Source: Candidatus Arthromitus sp. SFB-rat-Yit (GTDB lineage: Bacteria > Bacillota > Clostridia > Clostridiales > Clostridiaceae). From it: DNA of 32,000 bases. Under the pieces are notes generated by a model. The model was given only the letters and a program-made list of their open reading frames with translations. It was not told the origin of the DNA and searched no databases. This document shows positions 27,222 to 32,000 of this stretch, piece after piece (within the stretch, counting starts at the first letter, position 1; each line of letters opens with the position of its first letter). The position numbers were made by a program, and so were the translations under genes. The stretch covers positions 360,001 to 392,000 of the forward strand of contig NC_016012.1 in NCBI RefSeq assembly GCF_000283555.1, in the 5' to 3' direction.

Positions 27222-27962
27222 ATGGTGTGTATAATATCTCCTTCTCTTACTATGAAGGAAGTAGATGATAGTTACAATAATTTAACTATGCCGACCTATA
27301 TTGAAAAAGCTAAGGAAATAGTTTATAAAATTAATTCGTTGAGTGATGAAGAGATTAGAAATATAATGGGGATAGATGGTGAATTATTAAAAATTAATAG
27401 ATGTAGATATAAAAAATTTAAATTTGATTTAAATGGGAATCCTGCGATTTTATCTTACACAGGAACTGTATATAAGAATATTAATGCAAATGTATTTGAT
27501 AATGAAGAGATAGAGTTTTGTAAAGATCATATAAGAATTTTAAGTGGAGTTTATGGGATTTTAAAACCTTATGACAGTATATACGAGTATAGATTAGAAT
27601 TTAAAACTAAAGTGAAGATTGGAGAGTTTAAGGATATTTATGCATATTTTGGAAAATGTATTTATGATGATCTTGTAACGTATGATAATGAAATATTAAA
27701 TTTATGTTCAAATGAATATAGTAAGGCTATAATTCCATATTTGAGTGAAAAAGATGAGTTTGTAACATGCAGTTTTAAAATTAAGAAGAATAATACCATC
27801 AAATCTTATGCTATGGACTCTAAGATAACAAGAGGTAAAATGGTTAATTTTATCGTAAAAAATAAGATTAATAGATATAAAGATTTAAGGGAATTTAATG
27901 AAAATGGGTATAGTTTTAATGAAACATTATCAAATAAGAATGAATATATATTCACAAAATAG
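27222..27962 (+). CDS. yaaA: YaaA/UPF0246 family (peroxide stress) protein
   Basis: ISPSLTMK, LSDEEIRNIMG, SYTGTVYKNINA, RILSGVYGILKPYDSIYEYRLEF; GAGG SD upstream. Confidence 0.9.
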   Translation: MVCIISPSLTMKEVDDSYNNLTMPTYIEKAKEIVYKINSLSDEEIRNIMGIDGELLKINRCRYKKFKFDLNGNPAILSYTGTVYKNINANVFDNEEIEFCKDHIRILSGVYGILKPYDSIYEYRLEFKTKVKIGEFKDIYAYFGKCIYDDLVTYDNEILNLCSNEYSKAIIPYLSEKDEFVTCSFKIKKNNTIKSYAMDSKITRGKMVNFIVKNKINRYKDLREFNENGYSFNETLSNKNEYIFTK

Positions 27963-27993
27963 AGGTACTCAATTATGAGTACCTCTATTTTAA
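27956..27993. terminator. Shared terminator hairpin between convergent genes
   Basis: About 15-bp perfect stem AAATAGAGGTACTCA/TGAGTACCTCTATTT, loop ATTA; A tract on one side and T tract on the other. Confidence 0.9.
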
Positions 27994-28791
27994 AATTATG
28001 TCTAACATTAATAGTAGTAGGAAGCCGAAAACAAAACCAGCTGTACCAAAATTTTTATGTGAGTTTAAATTATATTCAGGTATGATTTCATCTACAACCG
28101 TTATTATAATTGTTCCGGCAGCAAAGGCTAATATTATAGGCATAAAATCTGAGAGTATATTTGATAGAAGTACGCCTATTATTCCACCAATGGGCTCAAG
28201 AAGTCCTGGGATAGATCCAAGTAAAAATGATTTTAGGTTTGAATATTTTTCGTTTTTAAAAGGTATTGATAGAGCAAATCCTTCTATAGAATTTTGTAAT
28301 ACCATGGATAAAGATAATGCAACAGCCCCTGCAAAACTTCCTAGATTTTCAGATCTAGTTAGGGAAAAAGCAATACCTATGGAAATTCCTTCTATTAAAT
28401 TTCTTAAAGCAGAGGATAAGATGAGTAATACTTTCTTTTTTGAAGATATTGTTATAGGTAGTTGTATTTTTAAAATTATATTGGATATGAATCTATCTAA
28501 TAACTTAAGGAAAATAGCTCCTAATATGAAACCAAAAGATATACCAAGCAAATTATTCAATTTATTTTTAGATAATTCAGTTGCTGGTATTATTAGTGAC
28601 CATATAGATGATGAGATCATGATTCCAGCAGTAAAACCCAAAAATATTTTATAATACTTTATATTTAAATTGTTTTTCATAAAAAAGATGCAAGATGCAC
28701 CTAATATAGTAGAAATCATCGCAAATATTGTACTTATTAATGAAAGAACTAAAGGTGAAAATGTATCCATTTCAATATTAAATACTCCCAA
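27985..28791 (-). CDS. ZIP family divalent metal transporter
   Basis: NLIEGISIGIAFS, NSIEGFALSIPF and FAAGTIITVVDEIIPE are ZIP signatures. Start may be 28770 (MDTFSPLV). Confidence 0.9.
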   Translation of the reverse strand: MGVFNIEMDTFSPLVLSLISTIFAMISTILGASCIFFMKNNLNIKYYKIFLGFTAGIMISSSIWSLIIPATELSKNKLNNLLGISFGFILGAIFLKLLDRFISNIILKIQLPITISSKKKVLLILSSALRNLIEGISIGIAFSLTRSENLGSFAGAVALSLSMVLQNSIEGFALSIPFKNEKYSNLKSFLLGSIPGLLEPIGGIIGVLLSNILSDFMPIILAFAAGTIIITVVDEIIPEYNLNSHKNFGTAGFVFGFLLLLMLDIILK

Positions 28792-29182
28792 TAATTATTT
28801 AGAAAGTTAAGAAAATAAATTTTATATTATAGTATTAATGTGGATTATATTTGTTACTTGAAGTGAGAGTTTTATATAGTGAGTATTTTGATTGAGTTTT
28901 AAATTTTGGATGTGTACAAAAAAAACATGAATAGATTAACAAAATATTAATTGGAATACAAAAATAATAATATATTATTAAAAAATATGTTTTAATAATA
29001 TTGAATTATTAATTTATTGGTTTGATTTTTTAATTTATAATGTTATAGTATAAGTGGACCTTGCTAATGGTAAATGTTTTAAATAAATAATTAGATTAAA
29101 GCTAGAATCATCGTAATCATATTTATGTGATTTACTTGTTTGGTTTGTATTTAATTTGGTTTTAAATTTTTAGGAGGTTTTC

Positions 29183-29821
29183 ATGAACAGTAGATTAAAT
29201 AGGTTTTTGGGAGTAATGGTTCTTGGATGCGTTTTGACAGTTAGTTTTCCAAAAGCTGAACCGCTACTTGTTAGTGAACAAGATGGACAGTATAGTAATA
29301 ATGAAGAGATTGCAGAGATTATTTATGATAAGATAGTCAATGGAGAGACGTCTATTAATATTTCAAACGATATTGATTTAGATATAAGGCCTGATATTGA
29401 TGTTAAAGAAGTAGATGAAAGTAATATAGCACCTAGAAAAGTAGATTCTAATCAGGAATTAGGAAGTAAAATTGCTGATTTTGCGAAAAGTTTAGTTGGA
29501 AAGCCTTATGTATACGGTAGGACGGGACCGAATTCATTTGATTGTTCTGGATTTGCTGTGTATGTATATAAAAGTTTTGGAATTAATATTCCGAGGACTA
29601 GTCAGGCACAAGCATATGTAGGAAGTAGGGTGAGTAAGGGTGATCTTAAACCTGGAGATTTAGTATTTTGTAACACTTACTCATCTTTATCACATGTAGG
29701 AATTTATATTGGAGATGGTAAAATTGCACATGCAGCAAATACAAGTACAGGTGTTACTATTTCTGATATAATTGGTGGATATTATGGTTCTAGATATGCG
29801 TGGGCGACAAGACCTTATTAA
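29183..29821 (+). CDS. Secreted C40 (NlpC/P60) family peptidoglycan hydrolase
   Basis: Signal peptide; catalytic blocks YVYGRTGPNSFDCSGFAVYVY and GDLVFCNTYSSLSHVGIYIGDGKIAHAAN. AGGAGG SD. Confidence 0.93.
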   Translation: MNSRLNRFLGVMVLGCVLTVSFPKAEPLLVSEQDGQYSNNEEIAEIIYDKIVNGETSINISNDIDLDIRPDIDVKEVDESNIAPRKVDSNQELGSKIADFAKSLVGKPYVYGRTGPNSFDCSGFAVYVYKSFGINIPRTSQAQAYVGSRVSKGDLKPGDLVFCNTYSSLSHVGIYIGDGKIAHAANTSTGVTISDIIGGYYGSRYAWATRPY

Positions 29822-29824
29822 GTT

Positions 29825-29860
29825 AAGTGATACTTTTTTAAAGTATCACTTTTTATTTTT
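29825..29860 (+). terminator. Terminator of the NlpC/P60 gene
   Basis: 12-bp perfect stem AAGTGATACTTT/AAAGTATCACTT then T run. Confidence 0.9.
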
Positions 29861-29921
29861 TAATTATATTATAAAAAAAACCACATATATATTTTATATA
29901 AAATTTATATGGAGGGATAAA

Positions 29922-30671
29922 ATGAGATATAGAAGAACTATTAATAGAAAAAATGCCAGGAATGGTGAGTTGGTTAAATTTGTTATATCTTTTGTTCTAG
30001 TTTTGTCATTATCGTTATTTATTTCTGCTAATATAGCTAGTTTAATATATAAAAGTAGTACATATGAAAAGTTAGAAATTAATTTTAATAACGAAGATAA
30101 TAAAACTATAGTTAAAGATAGTGAAAAAATAGGAGAGGAGAAGATGGAAAATTACTCTAAGACTTTATTGAGTAATAACATAGTGTTATTTCAAGGGGGG
30201 GTATTTAATGATTTGGATAATGCGGAAGAATTCAAGAAAAAAATTGATAATAAAACACTATCGAGTATTGTAAATGATGGAAAGTATGAAAGAGTAATTT
30301 TGGGTATATCTTATAAGGATAATTTTTTAGATATGGTAGATTTTTTAAAGAGTAATAATATTCAATTTGTAAAACAAGTTTATAAAATACCTGTTAACGT
30401 TGAGTATAATGAAGAAATTTTAAAAATCTTAGAAGCATTTTCCGATTTTATTTTAGAAGAGGGCAAAAATATTTTAAAGGATAAGGTAGATATAACGAAA
30501 CTTAAAGAGGTTACTAGCACTTTGGATGTAGACTATGGTAAAAGGGGATCTTATGAACTGTTTAATGAGTTGAAAGAATCAATACTTGATTTAGAAGATA
30601 GTGCAGAAAGAGAAGAATTAGAAAGTATATTTAATCTCATATATTTAAGTTTTGCTAATTATAAGTCATAG
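29922..30671 (+). CDS. Membrane-anchored protein with SPOR-like domain
   Basis: ATG 29922 after GGAGGG, one TM (FVISFVLVLSLSLFISANIASLIY), then NIVLFQGGVFNDLDNAEEFKKKI...YERVILGISYKD resembling SPOR repeats. Tracked start 29772 is in the upstream gene. Confidence 0.65.
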   Translation: MRYRRTINRKNARNGELVKFVISFVLVLSLSLFISANIASLIYKSSTYEKLEINFNNEDNKTIVKDSEKIGEEKMENYSKTLLSNNIVLFQGGVFNDLDNAEEFKKKIDNKTLSSIVNDGKYERVILGISYKDNFLDMVDFLKSNNIQFVKQVYKIPVNVEYNEEILKILEAFSDFILEEGKNILKDKVDITKLKEVTSTLDVDYGKRGSYELFNELKESILDLEDSAEREELESIFNLIYLSFANYKS

Positions 30672-30985
30672 TGTAAAAAAGTGTATAATTTTGCAAAAAT
30701 ATATCCATTAATGTTTATTTATGCTTGTTAAAATTATTTCTAAATGATAAAATAATAATTAAATTTTGTGCTTTATACTACGTTAACATAAAGTGATGTT
30801 CTGCCAATTTTATCTAGTTATACAAAAAAATACAAAAATTGTATATGAATTGAATAATAATAAATAAAAATGTAACAATATTTAAAGAAATAATGTGATA
30901 GTGTTCTATGTAGAAATAAAAATATAGTTGTATTTTATTGAATTAAGTTTTATTAAGAATGATTGTTTTATTTGAAAGGAGATAA

Positions 30986-32000
<1,015 letters not shown>

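Noticed and set aside
27998-28654. Plus-strand ORF of 218 aa opposite the ZIP transporter
   Set aside because: Shadow ORF; the minus-strand product has strong ZIP motifs.
29022-29182. ydaO-type (c-di-AMP) riboswitch upstream of the NlpC/P60 gene
   Set aside because: Considered because of the gene type, but I could not find the conserved core sequence by eye.

Overview
This 32 kb window is an AT-rich, gene-dense Firmicutes chromosome segment. Shine-Dalgarno style, UUG starts and gene content suggest an AT-rich clostridial lineage, possibly a Clostridium or segmented filamentous bacterium; this is inference, not tested. It looks like ordinary core genome. I see no phage, transposon, CRISPR array or rRNA. 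Main contents: a triad of VTC-type polyphosphate-polymerase-like protein, DUF4956 membrane protein and Cthe_2159-like beta-helix lipoprotein; a Ca2+-type P-ATPase; YaaR; a YczE-like membrane protein; rubrerythrin; an orphan HypE-like AIR synthase; RdgB; a nine-gene tRNA array (Pro, Gly, His, Gln, Lys, Leu, Gly, Gly, Arg) behind a near-perfect sigma-A promoter; a gnd-zwf-cyclase-family operon; a degenerate NodB-like protein coupled to a MacB/FtsX-type ABC exporter; a SleC/SpoIID-like protein with four peptidoglycan-binding repeats; NADH oxidase; an ECF S component plus a type II pantothenate kinase that is frame-broken at an A9 run; YaaA; a ZIP transporter; an NlpC/P60 peptidase; and the start of mreB/mbl, which runs off the window and is missing from the ORF track. 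The most interesting items are: (1) the pantothenate kinase split at an A9 tract whose 14-nt context (CAAAAAAAAATCAG) is repeated in frame near the start of the adjacent ECF S gene, a candidate slippage or phase-variation locus; (2) the polyP-polymerase-like/DUF4956/beta-helix surface triad; (3) a cyclase-family hydrolase directly abutting zwf, a candidate missing 6-phosphogluconolactonase; and (4) a deacetylase-fold protein whose HxxxH motif reads NxxxN.
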